Below, one piece after another: positions 42,984 through 56,206 of a stretch of 64,000 bases of DNA; position 1 is the first letter of the stretch, and every line of letters begins with the position of its first letter. Source of the DNA: Octopus vulgaris. Its lineage: Eukaryota. Location of the stretch: NCBI GenBank assembly GCA_951406725.2, contig OX597828.1, forward strand, positions 76,012,001 to 76,076,000, written 5' to 3'. The notes under the pieces are model-generated. The model did no database searches and was not told the DNA's origin. It saw nothing but the letters and a program-made list of their open reading frames with translations. Both the position numbers and the translations under genes were made by a program.

Positions 42984-43273
42984 ACCGACTGTGAAATTTA
43001 GGCATTTAGAACGAAGTGTCGGAAGAAATGTCGTTGAATTTAATTCATTGTTTGAGTCGAGGAGAAATTCACACAAAACAGTGAAATATTTCTGTCTCTT
43101 GTCCCTCCTTCTGATGACATTAAAATGAGGTTAAATGCTAATTTGTCTGCTACTTCTAGCTGATCGGCTGACTGGTTTGAGGAATACCTGTCGGCCAGAG
43201 TGTCTCCTCCTATTTATAGCGAGTCCCCAATAATAACCTACATTAAAACGTGTCAATTTTAGCAAGCCAAATA

Positions 43274-43501
43274 AGGCGGCGAGCTGGCAGAAACGTTTGC
43301 ACGCCGGGCGAAATGCGTAGCCGTATCTCGTCTGCCGTTACGTTCAGAGTTCTAATTCCGCCAAGGTCGACTTTGCCTTTCATCCTTTCGGGGTCGATAA
43401 ATTAAATACTAGTTACGCACTGGGGTCGATATAATTAGCTTAATCCTTGTTTGTCCCCTCTATGTTTAGCCCCGTGTGGGCAATAAAGAAATAAATATTT
43501 A
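43274..43501 (+). mobile_element. Full-length SINE family 1 with Tx1-like tail A and 11-bp TSD
   Basis: TSD caagccaaata at 43263-43273 and 43502-43512. Confidence 0.92.
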
Positions 43502-45114
43502 CAAGCCAAATAGTGAAGGAATACTTCAAATGTGTCCAACAACTGCTTCAAAACCGGTGTTGGGGTGCGTATACGTTTCCGTAAATTAACGGTCCGGTAA
43601 AATAGACCGAGAGAAGTACCAGGTTTAAAAAAATAAGGACTCTATTCTTTCGGCAAAAGTTCTTCAACCGGGTGCTCCAGCATGACCGAAGTCTAATAAC
43701 TGAAAGAAATTTAAAAAAATGTAAATGAGATCCTGATAATTTGATGTCCTTCGAATAGTTTCAAAATATATGTATTCTTCTCAACCAGTTATTGATCTGT
43801 CATCAACAAAAATCTTTGAAATCTTTAAATTGTTCATCATGATACAATACTATTACTGCTGCTGATTTTGTTACTGCTGCTTGTGCTGCTGCTCTTGTTA
43901 TCGCTGCTGCTGCTGCTGCAGCTGTTTCTGCTCTTGTTTTTGTTGTTTTGTTTATTCATATTTCTGCTGTTTTTACTTTCGTTGGTATTTTACTGGCTGG
44001 ATTCTTTCCATTCACGTATGGAACAAGGAGACGTCTGCAGATTTGATTAAACACAGACTTACACAGACAGACACAACGTATAGACACTGCACACAGACAC
44101 GGACACACATACGCACACGCAAGAGCGCAAGCTCACACACACGTGCCCACGCTCACACACACGTGCCCACGCTCACACACACTCACACACACATACTCAC
44201 GCTCGCATACGCATGAACATTTATATAAAGTACACTCATGCATATACATAATACTTACATACATACATTCATATATAAATATAAATATAAATAAATAAAT
44301 ATATATATATATATATATATATATGAATACAGATACATTAAGTATGCATATACGTGTATACATATATATGTGTGTGTATGTATGTGTGTATTTATGAATG
44401 TAGGTGTATATCTATCTATCTATCTATCACTCTCTCTCTCTCTATTATATATATAAAACAATTGCTGAGACCCGCTGACAGAAATTAGAGAAAGAGACAG
44501 ATTGAGCAATAATAGAAAAATCTAATGCATATCATTAACATTACCATCGGACACAAGTATTAAATCTACCAACATAAAAAAGAAGCTACAACAGCAGAAA
44601 CGACGTACGAACATCGGTTCTAAAATAACAAAAATACTCGCTGCATTTTAACGAATACACCATCACCACCAACACATCCACCATCTCCTGCATCATCATC
44701 ATCATCATCATCATTATCATCATCATCATCATCATCATCATCATTATCATCATCATCATCATCGTCATAAGTAGATGTAATATTTGCAAGGAAGCAGGAC
44801 CAGCTGAAGCAGCAATTTCACTGGCAGTAGACATAGAAGCAGTTGAAATAGGATCGTTAGAAAAGAAGAAAGATATTAGAGTTTGCCCCCTGAGGGTATA
44901 TTTGACAATGTGAATAGTGATGAATATATTAATCGGTAAATAGATCGGTAAGTTATTACCTTAAATGTATTGATATAGTTAGAAATAGGTGATAACAATT
45001 CATGTTTTGGCTTAATAAATTATAAATATTGAACAAATGAATAAAGCATTGCTTCTTGCATTATTTATTTACACAGGATACTATGCAATATACGGATGCT
45101 TATGTGTGTGTTTC

Positions 45115-45177
<63 letters not shown>

Positions 45178-45972
45178 GGAAAGCAGTATAACCGTCTAAG
45201 GGATACGAATATCCGTTCTTACTTCCGGCGTGATTTACCTTCGTTAACCCTGGGCACACTATGCTCATAGGGTACAGATAATAGCAAAATAAACAATAGT
45301 TATATATATGTGTGTGTGTGTATGTGTATATATATATATATATGCACACACACATTATGTGTGTGTGTGTGTGAGTGTGTGCAACAAATCTATTTTTCTG
45401 TGGACAAAGTACAAGAGTAAATATTCTGGTAATATGTCAATAACCAATTGAAACTAGCTGTGCTGTTCTCGCGTTTGTCCTACACAGTGAGCTTTTTGCT
45501 TGACGTTCGAGTTTGCACACATCTGGGAATACTGCTCTGTTTAGTTTCTGTAAACTACCAGCGAATGTACTGATATGGGCATTAGTTAAGCCAAAAACTC
45601 GTATTGACAGCATTTCTTGTATTTAGCTTCAACCGCTTCGTTTCTGTCTACAACGAATGACAATATGACGAAAAATAACCAATCGAAACTAATCGACGAA
45701 TAAATATTGATTTATTCTGATAAATAAAATATATCTATTCCGCATTTACGCGTTTATTTTTATATTAATGTTAATTTATTTTTATATTTTTATACTTTGG
45801 TTTAGGTATTTATGGTAATTTATTTTTTTATATTTATTAATTCGATTAGTCTTTCTGTGAAACAAATTTATATTCCAAGATTTTATATTTTAGAAGTATG
45901 CATACAATTTATATACGCAATATTTTTTTCTTATTTCGGTAAATAGTATGACCTTTATGAATCGTCTGAAAT

Positions 45973-47030
45973 GAGAGAAACAATTTCTATCAAGGGCGGA
46001 GAATAACCCTGATTATAGCAAAATACTTCCGAAATATTTCACTTGCATACAATGAACGTGGTAGTGTTGGAGCAGAGAGAAAATAAGACATACTGAATCA
46101 CATGAACTACCCAGCGTAGAAAATTAATTATAAAACTAATATAAACACGGAACTTGACCTGCGTAATTTGATAGTGGCTGTTGATGAACTACAACCCAAA
46201 AGATTTTACAAAAGTTCTATGGTGATAGTTAAACGATTCTTTACATTCCAAATTAATTTTGCACATACGCATATTCACGATATATTCCTGTTTTTTTTTT
46301 AACTTTATACGCCAATAAAAGTTAATTTCTCGACAGTTTTTAGACTTTCAAAAGTATAAGTGATGCAAGTTTGATTTATAGATCGTGGCATTGACTTAAT
46401 AATGATTCCGTTGCTAATAAAGAATTTTTATTCAGCTCGCCGGCTGAATGCAGCATCGGTGATTTTCCAGCTATTGGGTTTTTTTGTCTACATTAGTAGG
46501 GAATAAACTTATTTTAGCATGCGTTTGCTAGTAGATATTTGATGCAGAGCTTCAAAGAACATAAATCTATATTTAGCAACGCAACTACCACTACTGGGCA
46601 ATATTTGCCTTCTGCTGATTTATTTCTTCGTTTTTTTTTAACGCTATATTTGTATACATGGTGATGCTCCAGTATGGGCAGTGCATCAGCATGACCACAG
46701 ACGTAGGGCTGGAATATGTTAGAGGATAAAAGAATATAAGAAATCCCTTCTCGAGACAAAATACCAAAGTCAAGCAGGATTTCAATATGTCAGCTTTAAG
46801 TATGAAGCATCTGAAGTAAATATAAGGACTGACGTAGTTATAGGCTTGATTAAAGAGAGAACCAACTTCTATGACCCTGATTATAGCAAAATAATTCCGA
46901 AATATTTCAATCGCATACAATAAATGTGGTAGTGACGGAGCAGGGAGAAGATAAAAAACATACGGAATCACACGAACAACTCAGCGTAGAAAATATATTA
47001 TAAAACTAATATAAACACGGAATTGATCTG
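45973..47030. repeat. Diverged ~180-bp direct repeats (45973-46161, 46855-47030)
   Basis: Shared accctgattatagcaaaata…cagcgtagaaaat…ataaaactaatataaacacggaa. Confidence 0.8.
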
Positions 47031-47157
47031 TAAAATTTAAGCTCATCAGCTGAAAATAACACTGTAACATCTATTTCTAAAATATTCATTGCCTTGCGCC
47101 GCGTGCGTTCTTTAATTTTGAATATCCCTTCGATATTCAAAACGAACTTAGCTTAAA

Positions 47158-47215
<58 letters not shown>

Positions 47216-47334
47216 TTATACTTGCTAGCCACTTTATTATTTTCATTATTAATATTATTGATAACGGCAATAATACTAATTTAATTTAGATTGTACAATC
47301 AACCACACAAACACACATACACACACATAACTAT

Positions 47335-47407
<73 letters not shown>

Positions 47408-49560
47408 GGCATTTACTGCAGTGATATCGCAAAGGCTGAACAAGCACCTGGACGAAAACAAACTGTTCCCAGAAGAGCAGAAAGGATGCCGCAAGGGCTC
47501 ATATGGCTGTAAAGATCAACTAATGATTAATAAAGTCGTAACTGAAGACAGCCATAGAAAGAAGAAAGGCCTCAGTATGGCCTGGATTGACTACAAAAAG
47601 GCGTTTGATAGCATCCCCCACACATGGATCCTCGAAACACTAGCCATTAACAAAGTAGCACCAACAATCATAAAATTCATAGAGCACTCTATGAATAAAT
47701 GGCAAACAGTCCTACACCTCCAAACAAAAGAGGGACTCATGAAAACCAAAGACATCCCCATTAGAAGAGGAATATTCCAGGGAGACACGCTCTCTCCATT
47801 CCTTTTCTGCTTGGCACTGTCACCTCTATCTGATATGCTAAATAGAACTGGATGCGGATATAAATGTTACGGCAAAACGATCAGCCACCTTTTATATAAG
47901 GATGACCTAAAACTATACGCTGCAAATGACAAACAGCTGGAAACACTATTAAAGACAGTTCATGGATTTACCAAAGAAATAGATATGAAATTTGGATTAC
48001 AAAAATGCGCCAAAGTAACCCTTAAAAGAGGAAAACTAGTTAAGAGTAACAACATCACACTAGATAAAACCAATGAAATAAAAGAATTAGACCAAAGCCA
48101 AACTTACAAATACTTAGGAATCCATGAACTAGATAAGACACAACACACACAAATGAAAGAGAAAATAAAAAAAGAATATTATAGACGAGTTAGATCAATA
48201 CTAAAAACAGAGCTCAATGCTAAAAACAAGATAATAGGTATCAACACTTTAGCTGTCCCAGTTATAAGTTACAGCTACAATATCCTTAACTGGACACGAA
48301 ATGAAATGTCCAAAATAGATAGGAAAACAAGAAAAATACTGACAGGATCTAGGATGCATCACCCAAAATCTGACATAGAAAGACTATATATACAACGTAT
48401 AGAAGGTGGTAGAGGCCTTATACAGCTGGAAAACTACTATAAAATAACCACCATAGGACTGCAAAAATACCTACTTCATAAGGAAGGAAAACTGATCCAG
48501 ATAGCAGCAAAACACGAGCAAAACAAAAAACTGTTCTCAGTATTTAAGGAAGCTGACAAATACAAACAAGAAATCATACCACCTAATAAACACAAAGAAG
48601 AAGAAGATGATGATGAAGAAACAACAAAAGCTATAAAACAAATGAAATCCAAACTAAAAATAGAACAGCAACGAGCCATGATAAAACGATGGCAAGAAAA
48701 GCCCCTTCATGGTAAATACTGGACTAAACTAAACGCAAAAGAAATAGACAAAGAAAAATCCCAGCAATGGTTGAGAAGCTCAGGACTCAAAGCAGAAACA
48801 GAGGGATTTTTAATTGCAGCACAAGACCAAAGCCTCCCCACCAGAAATTACCAAAAACATGTAATGAAAAGAAATATTACAAGTAACTGCAGAATATGTG
48901 GAGATGGACAAGAAACAATAAATCATATTATCTCTAGCTGCCCAGTCCTGGCTAAGAAGGAATGTATTCACAGACATGACAGAGTTGGAACCTACATACA
49001 TTGGAAGCTATGCCAACATTATGGAATAACAACAGAAAAAAGATGGTATAGGCACACACCAGAAAAGGTCACAGAAAACGAGAAAGCAACCATACTCTGG
49101 GATATGCCGATACACACAGATAGAGAAATTAAGGCCAACAGACCAGATATAGTTGTCAGAGATCATGAAGAAAAAAAATGCTTTCTAATTGATGTATCAA
49201 TACCGGCAGATGACAACGTGTCTCTAAAAGAAATGGAGAAACTCTCAAAATACAAAGACCTGGAAATAGAGGTAACTAGAATGTGGAACCTGAAAACAGA
49301 AACAATTCCTATCATAGTAGGTGCATTAGGCATGATAAAAAAATATTCAGACAAATACATAACAAAAACACCAGGACTTACAAACACATATAACATACAG
49401 AAAATTGCACTACTAGGCACTGCACACATCCTACGCAGAACACTTTCCATACAATAACCATCAGAGCATCACAACAAATCACAGCACATACCCAAGGCAC
49501 ACAGAGCTGCGCTCGGTAGTGAAGTGAAAGCACGTTATAAAAATAAAAATAAAACTACTG
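47408..49560 (+). mobile_element. 5'-truncated R4/Dong-type non-LTR retrotransposon, subfamily B, in (AAT)n
   Basis: RT + CCHC + RLE ORF, short 3' UTR ending actg|aataat; AAT arrays on both sides. Confidence 0.96.
47421..49457 (+). CDS. Reverse transcriptase - zinc knuckle - restriction-like endonuclease ORF, N-terminally truncated
   Basis: WIDYKKAFDSIPH, GIFQGDTLSP, LYKDD, YKYLG, CRICGDGQETINHIISSC, RHDRV, RPDIVV…IDVSIP…KY. Confidence 0.95.
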   Translation: MISQRLNKHLDENKLFPEEQKGCRKGSYGCKDQLMINKVVTEDSHRKKKGLSMAWIDYKKAFDSIPHTWILETLAINKVAPTIIKFIEHSMNKWQTVLHLQTKEGLMKTKDIPIRRGIFQGDTLSPFLFCLALSPLSDMLNRTGCGYKCYGKTISHLLYKDDLKLYAANDKQLETLLKTVHGFTKEIDMKFGLQKCAKVTLKRGKLVKSNNITLDKTNEIKELDQSQTYKYLGIHELDKTQHTQMKEKIKKEYYRRVRSILKTELNAKNKIIGINTLAVPVISYSYNILNWTRNEMSKIDRKTRKILTGSRMHHPKSDIERLYIQRIEGGRGLIQLENYYKITTIGLQKYLLHKEGKLIQIAAKHEQNKKLFSVFKEADKYKQEIIPPNKHKEEEDDDEETTKAIKQMKSKLKIEQQRAMIKRWQEKPLHGKYWTKLNAKEIDKEKSQQWLRSSGLKAETEGFLIAAQDQSLPTRNYQKHVMKRNITSNCRICGDGQETINHIISSCPVLAKKECIHRHDRVGTYIHWKLCQHYGITTEKRWYRHTPEKVTENEKATILWDMPIHTDREIKANRPDIVVRDHEEKKCFLIDVSIPADDNVSLKEMEKLSKYKDLEIEVTRMWNLKTETIPIIVGALGMIKKYSDKYITKTPGLTNTYNIQKIALLGTAHILRRTLSIQ

Positions 49561-49574
49561 AATAATAATAATAA

Positions 49575-49643
<69 letters not shown>

Positions 49644-49885
49644 CAACAACAACAATAATAATAATAATACATACGTACTCTGATTGAAACCGATTCTTAT
49701 CGAAACAATTGACCGAAAAAATGGTGAGCTACCACTGATTAGAATCGAACCCACGATGTGCAAGGTGCCATGTTTGTGTTGAAATGTAGGTTCGAATCTT
49801 ATGGGAGTTAGCTTATCTTTATTTTTCACTCAATTGTTTAGATAAATGTCGCTTTAAATCGGAGTAATTATATATTACTATTATA

Positions 49886-49936
<51 letters not shown>

Positions 49937-50951
49937 ATTTGAATTAAATAAGTATTATTGCCATAATTTGATAAAATACTCACAATAATCCAACTCCCAG
50001 CACCTCCAGACTCAAATGGCGAATATCCTACTCGTCAACTGGTGTTGAACTAAACAGTCACGTTTCCATTAAAATACGGCAGATCCAACATTTTTATATG
50101 CCTCAGGATATTATTTGAAATGGATTTTGCCAATGCTATATAGGAGGTATATGTGTAGACGATTAAATGCGTATCAGGGGAGCCATTTTAGAGAGGCATT
50201 CGCAACATCATAATAAAACGTAGTAAAATATTTGCTCATGGCAGCAAAAAATTTAGAGTTCATATTTAATACATATAATACATGATATATACATGCATAC
50301 ATACAAAAGTGTAAAGGGATATATATTTCCATAGGACTTCGAACTTTGAACTCATTATTTTTCATCCTCCCCTTTTTCCTTCTTAGTTTTTCGATCCTAC
50401 TTCCTACCATTGACTTCTTTGAAAGGTCAACAGCCCTTGTAACTAAATGTGTTTATTAACAAATGTGCTGAGAAGTATACTCTGGAGAGAAAATAAAAAA
50501 GAAAGGGAAAAGAAAAAAAATGCTTTGTAACGAAATTTCAATAAATTGACCACTACAAATTGAAAAGAAATCTCCCCCTCCCTCTCTCTCTTTTTATCTA
50601 TCTATCTATCTATCTATCTGTCTGTCTATCTATGTATGTATCTATCTATTCTTTTCCCATCCTTTATTATTTCCTCCTCTTTCTTGATTGCCCTGAAACC
50701 TGTGTCTCTCTCTCTCTCTCTGTATTTCACCCTCTTTACTTTCTTCCTCCCTCTCTCCCACTCCGCCAAAGGAAGAAAATATTCTCACCTAAACAATACA
50801 AAATAAGCATTCAATTCATATGAATGAATAACGAAACATTCTCTTTTTACCATTTTGATTTTGATTTTGTCTTGAGTTCGAAAGCGTTAACAAAGAATTA
50901 TCTAAAATTCTGTCTCTTTTTACTCAGTATATATACATACACACGCGCACA

Positions 50952-51040
<89 letters not shown>

Positions 51041-51096
51041 ATATATTTCTGTATGCGCGCGTGTGTATTTGTGTATAAAATCTCTCTCTCCCCCCC

Positions 51097-51143
<47 letters not shown>

Positions 51144-51238
51144 CACTATACATATATATATATATATATATATATATCGCTACTTATTTCTAAGGAATCT
51201 AATGCTCTTAGCTTAATTTTTCCTTGTGGCTAGCTAGA

Positions 51239-51300
51239 TTGGAATCTCGATTATAATCATCCGATATTGCAAAGATAATCTGGAACTCGACTGAGGAAAG
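51239..51300 (+). ncRNA. Decayed non-circularly permuted hammerhead candidate, third subfamily
   Basis: ttgga-AUC | tcga…atcc GAtA ttgcaa…actcga CUGAGGA; stem III ttggaat/attgcaa (6 of 7 pairs), stem I tcga/tcga; GAAA mutated to GAUA. Confidence 0.5.
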
Positions 51301-51899
51301 AAAACTCGGAATGACCTTTCCTTGTTTTTTTTGTATCGCCTATCTGGATGTTTTGCGTTCTTGTCCCATTTTGTTTTGTTATACACACATACTTATATAT
51401 ATACACATACATACATACATACATACATACATACATACATAGATACATACATACATATATATATATATGTGAGTGGATCTGGATGACGGAAACTGAAAGA
51501 AGCTTTTTGTGTATATACATGCATATGTGTATTATGTGTTTCTGTGTCTGCGTTTGTCCTCCAACCATCGTTTGACAGGTGATGTTAGTGTATTTACGTC
51601 CCTTTAACGTAGTGGTTCGGCAAAAGAGAAACGGTATTTTAAGACTCTTGAAAACTAGTTTTTATTAATGGCGTTGAAGCAAATGTAATGGTGTCTTAAT
51701 GTAAGTTGCGGTAATAAAGTGATCTAGTCTCCAGCAATTGGTTGAATATCCTGTTGTGGTGTTATTCTCCAATAGCTGTACGCACCATTTTGTAAACTGT
51801 AGTACCTGCTTTTATTTACGATTGAATATCAAACAACTTCTAACCCGTGGCTTGCCGAGGATATCCTAGTGCTATATCCAAGTGTTCCATCTATACTCT

Positions 51900-52054
51900 T
51901 TCATTCCGTTACTTTAGTCGAAGAAATCGACATCAGAACTTTTTAGTAGTCTAGTACTAACTCTATCAGTCTTTGGCCGAACACGCCAACATCGGTTGTC
52001 AAGCGATGATGGGCGTCAAACACGGAGAAACAAATACACACACACACACACACA

Positions 52055-52086
<32 letters not shown>

Positions 52087-52105
52087 TACACTCTCACACA
52101 CACAT

Positions 52106-52136
<31 letters not shown>

Positions 52137-52285
52137 CGACGATCTTCTTTCAGTTTCCGTCTACTAATTCCACTGACAATGCTTTGGTCGGCCCAAGGAT
52201 ATAGTAGAAGGGACTTGCCTAAGGTGCCACGAAGTGGGACTGAACTCGGAACCATGTGGTTGGGAAGCAAACTTCTTGCCACACA
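51900..52285 (-). mobile_element. SINE family 2
   Basis: Similar to 4383-4832. Confidence 0.8.
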
Positions 52286-52428
52286 GGCGCTCCTGCACCT
52301 ATTCATAATATATGAACAAATTCTCCTATATTTCACTGTAACTGAGGTCTACGCGTTTCGTTGCTACACAGGTGAGTAATCGGTATATATTTTCGATGTG
52401 TATTTATTTGATTCTACGAATATTTGAG

Positions 52429-52519
<91 letters not shown>

Positions 52520-52988
52520 ATATATGTGTGTGTGTATGTGAATGTTTCCAGTATATTATTAGATCCAAATCATGGGTTATACGTAAGTATCCCTGTAGAA
52601 ACCAGCATTCGTTGATGGAGAGGGCCATGGAATGACGGATGAGTATTGATTGTTACGTACATACCTACGTACATATATATCTTGTGTTTCTAATCAATAT
52701 TTAAAGATAGAACACTAGAGGAATGCTGATGTAATTTCGTATACATGACACGGCATATGCGCACATACGTACACACAATCACACACTCACACGTAAGTAC
52801 ACCCGTATCTGCGTTCGCGATTTTACTGAGTATTGCTGATAACTACATGCATTGATATGATTTCTGATACCGACATCCTTCCATATAAATCTAATGACAT
52901 ATTCACATATTCACTAACCCAACACTCAAACGCGCGAGAACTACGCATACAAACCTATACATGCGTACAGATATATATATATATATAA

Positions 52989-53029
<41 letters not shown>

Positions 53030-53057
53030 TTACATTCTGTGAAGAATTGCGCGCGTA

Positions 53058-53163
<106 letters not shown>

Positions 53164-53441
53164 TAGATATAGATATATCAGAGTGATAATATTTGCTGAA
53201 AGTATGTGATATCGTGTTGAATATAGAAACGATAAATCATTTATATACAACACTGTATGACTGATATATAGGTTTTATGGAGCACAAGGAATTATAGATA
53301 TTTGGTTTCTTAATCAAAAATAAACTAACAAGAAAATACTTACATTTATATGTAAAAATTCCGTCACTATACGTTATTGAATTCCCACAGTAAAAAACAT
53401 CATCTCTTCATACACAAAGACAAAAGATAATAAACAAAAAA

Positions 53442-53570
<129 letters not shown>

Positions 53571-53860
53571 TACATGTTTGGTTATAAAGTTACAGGGTTA
53601 TATACCGAAAGATAGATAGAAAAAAATATATATAGATATATAGCTAGTTAACTAGCTAGATAGTGAGATAGAGAGATAGATAATCCTACCAACACAAAAT
53701 CAAACTGCAGAGCAAATTTACAGTTTACACGTAATGTATTATTTACTAAATGTATTGTTGATATTATTGCTGTACACTCCGTAGCTTTATGATGGTGATA
53801 ATAATAATAATAATTATAATAATAATAATAACAATAATAATGATAATGATAATAATGATG

Positions 53861-53939
<79 letters not shown>

Positions 53940-54546
53940 GTCCTGGCTAAGAAGGAATATATTCACAGACATGACAGAGTTGGAACCTACATACATTGGA
54001 AGCTATGCCAACATTATGGAATAACAACAGAAAAAAGATGGTATAGGCACACACCAGAAAAGGTCACAGAAAACGAGAAAGCAACCATACTCTGGGATAT
54101 GCCGATACACACAGATAGAGAAATTAAGGCCAACAGACCAGATATAGTTGTCAGAGACCATGAAGAAAAAAAATGCTTTCTAATTGATGTATCAATATCG
54201 GCTGATGACAACGTGTCTCTAAAAGAAATGGAGAAACTCTCAAAATACAAAGACCTGGAAATAGAGGTAACTAGAATGTGGAATCTGAAAACAGAAACAA
54301 TTCCTATCATAGTAGGTGCATTAGGCATGATAAAAAAATATTCAGACAAATACATAACAAAAACACCAGGACTTACAAACACATATAACATACAAAACAT
54401 TGCACTACTAGGCACTGCACACATCCTACGCAGAACACTTTCCATACAATAACCATCAGAGCATCACAACATATCACAGCACATACCCAAGGCACACAGA
54501 GCTGCGCTCGGTAGTGAAGTGAAAGCACGCTATTAAAATAAAACTA

Positions 54547-54549
<3 letters not shown>
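53940..54549 (+). mobile_element. Short 3' copy of R4/Dong subfamily B
   Basis: Nearly identical to about 48945-49560; in (AAT)n. Confidence 0.95.
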
Positions 54550-54588
<39 letters not shown>

Positions 54589-54646
54589 TATAATAATAAT
54601 GATAATAATAATAATAACAATAATAATGATAATGATAATAATGATG

Positions 54647-54701
<55 letters not shown>

Positions 54702-54730
54702 TGATGATAATAATAATAATTATAATAATG

Positions 54731-54774
<44 letters not shown>

Positions 54775-54778
54775 AATG

Positions 54779-54814
<36 letters not shown>

Positions 54815-54826
54815 TTAATAATAATA

Positions 54827-54878
<52 letters not shown>

Positions 54879-54943
54879 GTAATAATAATAATAATAATAA
54901 TAAAAATTAAAATAATAGTAATAATAGTAATAATAATAATAAT

Positions 54944-55625
54944 ACAGAGTATCTCAACAGGCATGATAGAGCTGCACAATATATTTACTGAGTAAGTTGC
55001 AAAAACCTGGATTTGCCCCATGAAAAAACTGGTGGGAACACAAACCACCTCCAGTGCTTGAAAATGATCACATCTCCCTCCTCTGGAGCTACACCATTCA
55101 AACTGACAGGAAGATAGATGCAAATAGGCCAGACATCATATTGAAAGACTTCAGACAAAGAACATGCCTCCTCATTGATATGCCTGTCCCAATCGATATA
55201 AACGTATCTGTCAAGACCTACCAAAAACTGAGCAAATATAAAGATCTTGAAATAGAAATCAGCAAAATGTAGGACCTGAAGACTAAAACAATACCTGTTG
55301 TCATAGGTGCCCTGGGAATGATAGCAAAAGGGGCTGATCGCTACCTAACTCAGATACCAGGAAACCCAAAAATGGCAGAAATTAAAAAGATAGTGCTCAT
55401 GGGAACTGCTCATATCCTACGCAAAATACCTTCTATGTAATCTCAAGTTTTAAAACAAACATAATTACCGTATGTTTTTTTTAAGCATTCACTAGTACAT
55501 CACTAAATACAAAACCAAATATATGGCACACTAGGCATAACAACCACATGAACTTCCAACTTGTTGTCTCTTGAGGTCTCTGGCCGATACTTGGAGCCAG
55601 CAAATGTAAAGCAAAATTTAAACAT

Positions 55626-55627
<2 letters not shown>
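54944..55627 (+). mobile_element. 3' copy of R4/Dong subfamily C with stop codons
   Basis: EYLNRHDRAAQY, RPDIILKD…IDMPVP…KLSKYKDLEIEI; ends attg|aataat. Confidence 0.9.
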
Positions 55628-55687
<60 letters not shown>

Positions 55688-55799
55688 TAGCTTTTGGGCT
55701 GCATGCTTTCCCTGAATCTCATGGGCGATCGACTCGTAAAATAACATTACGCAAGATCCCAGGAAAATCCCTGGCAGTTAAATTGACTACTTCATTCCT

Positions 55800-55920
55800 A
55801 AATATGCAGATACATTTCTCATGGATGACGAGATATATTCCCCAGTGAACAGAAAGACTGCAAAGGAGGCTCGTATGGTTGTAAAGACCAACTATTAACC
55901 AGTAAAGTGCTTCTGCCAAA
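55800..55920 (+). pseudogene. Isolated R4/Dong RT fragment
   Basis: From 55835 IFPSEQKDCKGGSYGCKDQLLTSKV, matching LFPEEQKGCRKGSYGCKDQLMINKV of the 678-aa ORF. Confidence 0.75.
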
Positions 55921-56165
55921 AACGATGCCAAAATATTTATATTGTACGGACCGTTGGAGAACCGTCCACATAAATAATTGGGGGAAAGTTTGGTAATATA
56001 TAAAATCTCTTCTCTTATTGGCAATTCCCTGTGGAATAGTATGAAACACTGAAACCTCCGTATCACTTCACCCTCTTTCTCGTGCATGTTTATTTAACTC
56101 CAGCCATTGGTTAAGCTATCACCTCTCAGAATATCCTGTATTATGCACACACACTCACACACACA

Positions 56166-56206
<41 letters not shown>

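Noticed and set aside
44586-44910. Open frames around an (ATC)n repeat
   Set aside because: Driven by the trinucleotide repeat; no splice or homology support.
45180-45290. Possible type III hammerhead on the minus strand (gta|ccct…aggg-ttaacga…ggaa)
   Set aside because: Too many core deviations and no convincing stem III.
47591-49450. Minus-strand ORFs over the RT element (also 54014..54445, 59452..59739)
   Set aside because: Antisense shadows of retrotransposon ORFs.
52340-52380. Minus-strand GAAAC-gc-GUA half hammerhead
   Set aside because: No CUGANGA block found nearby.
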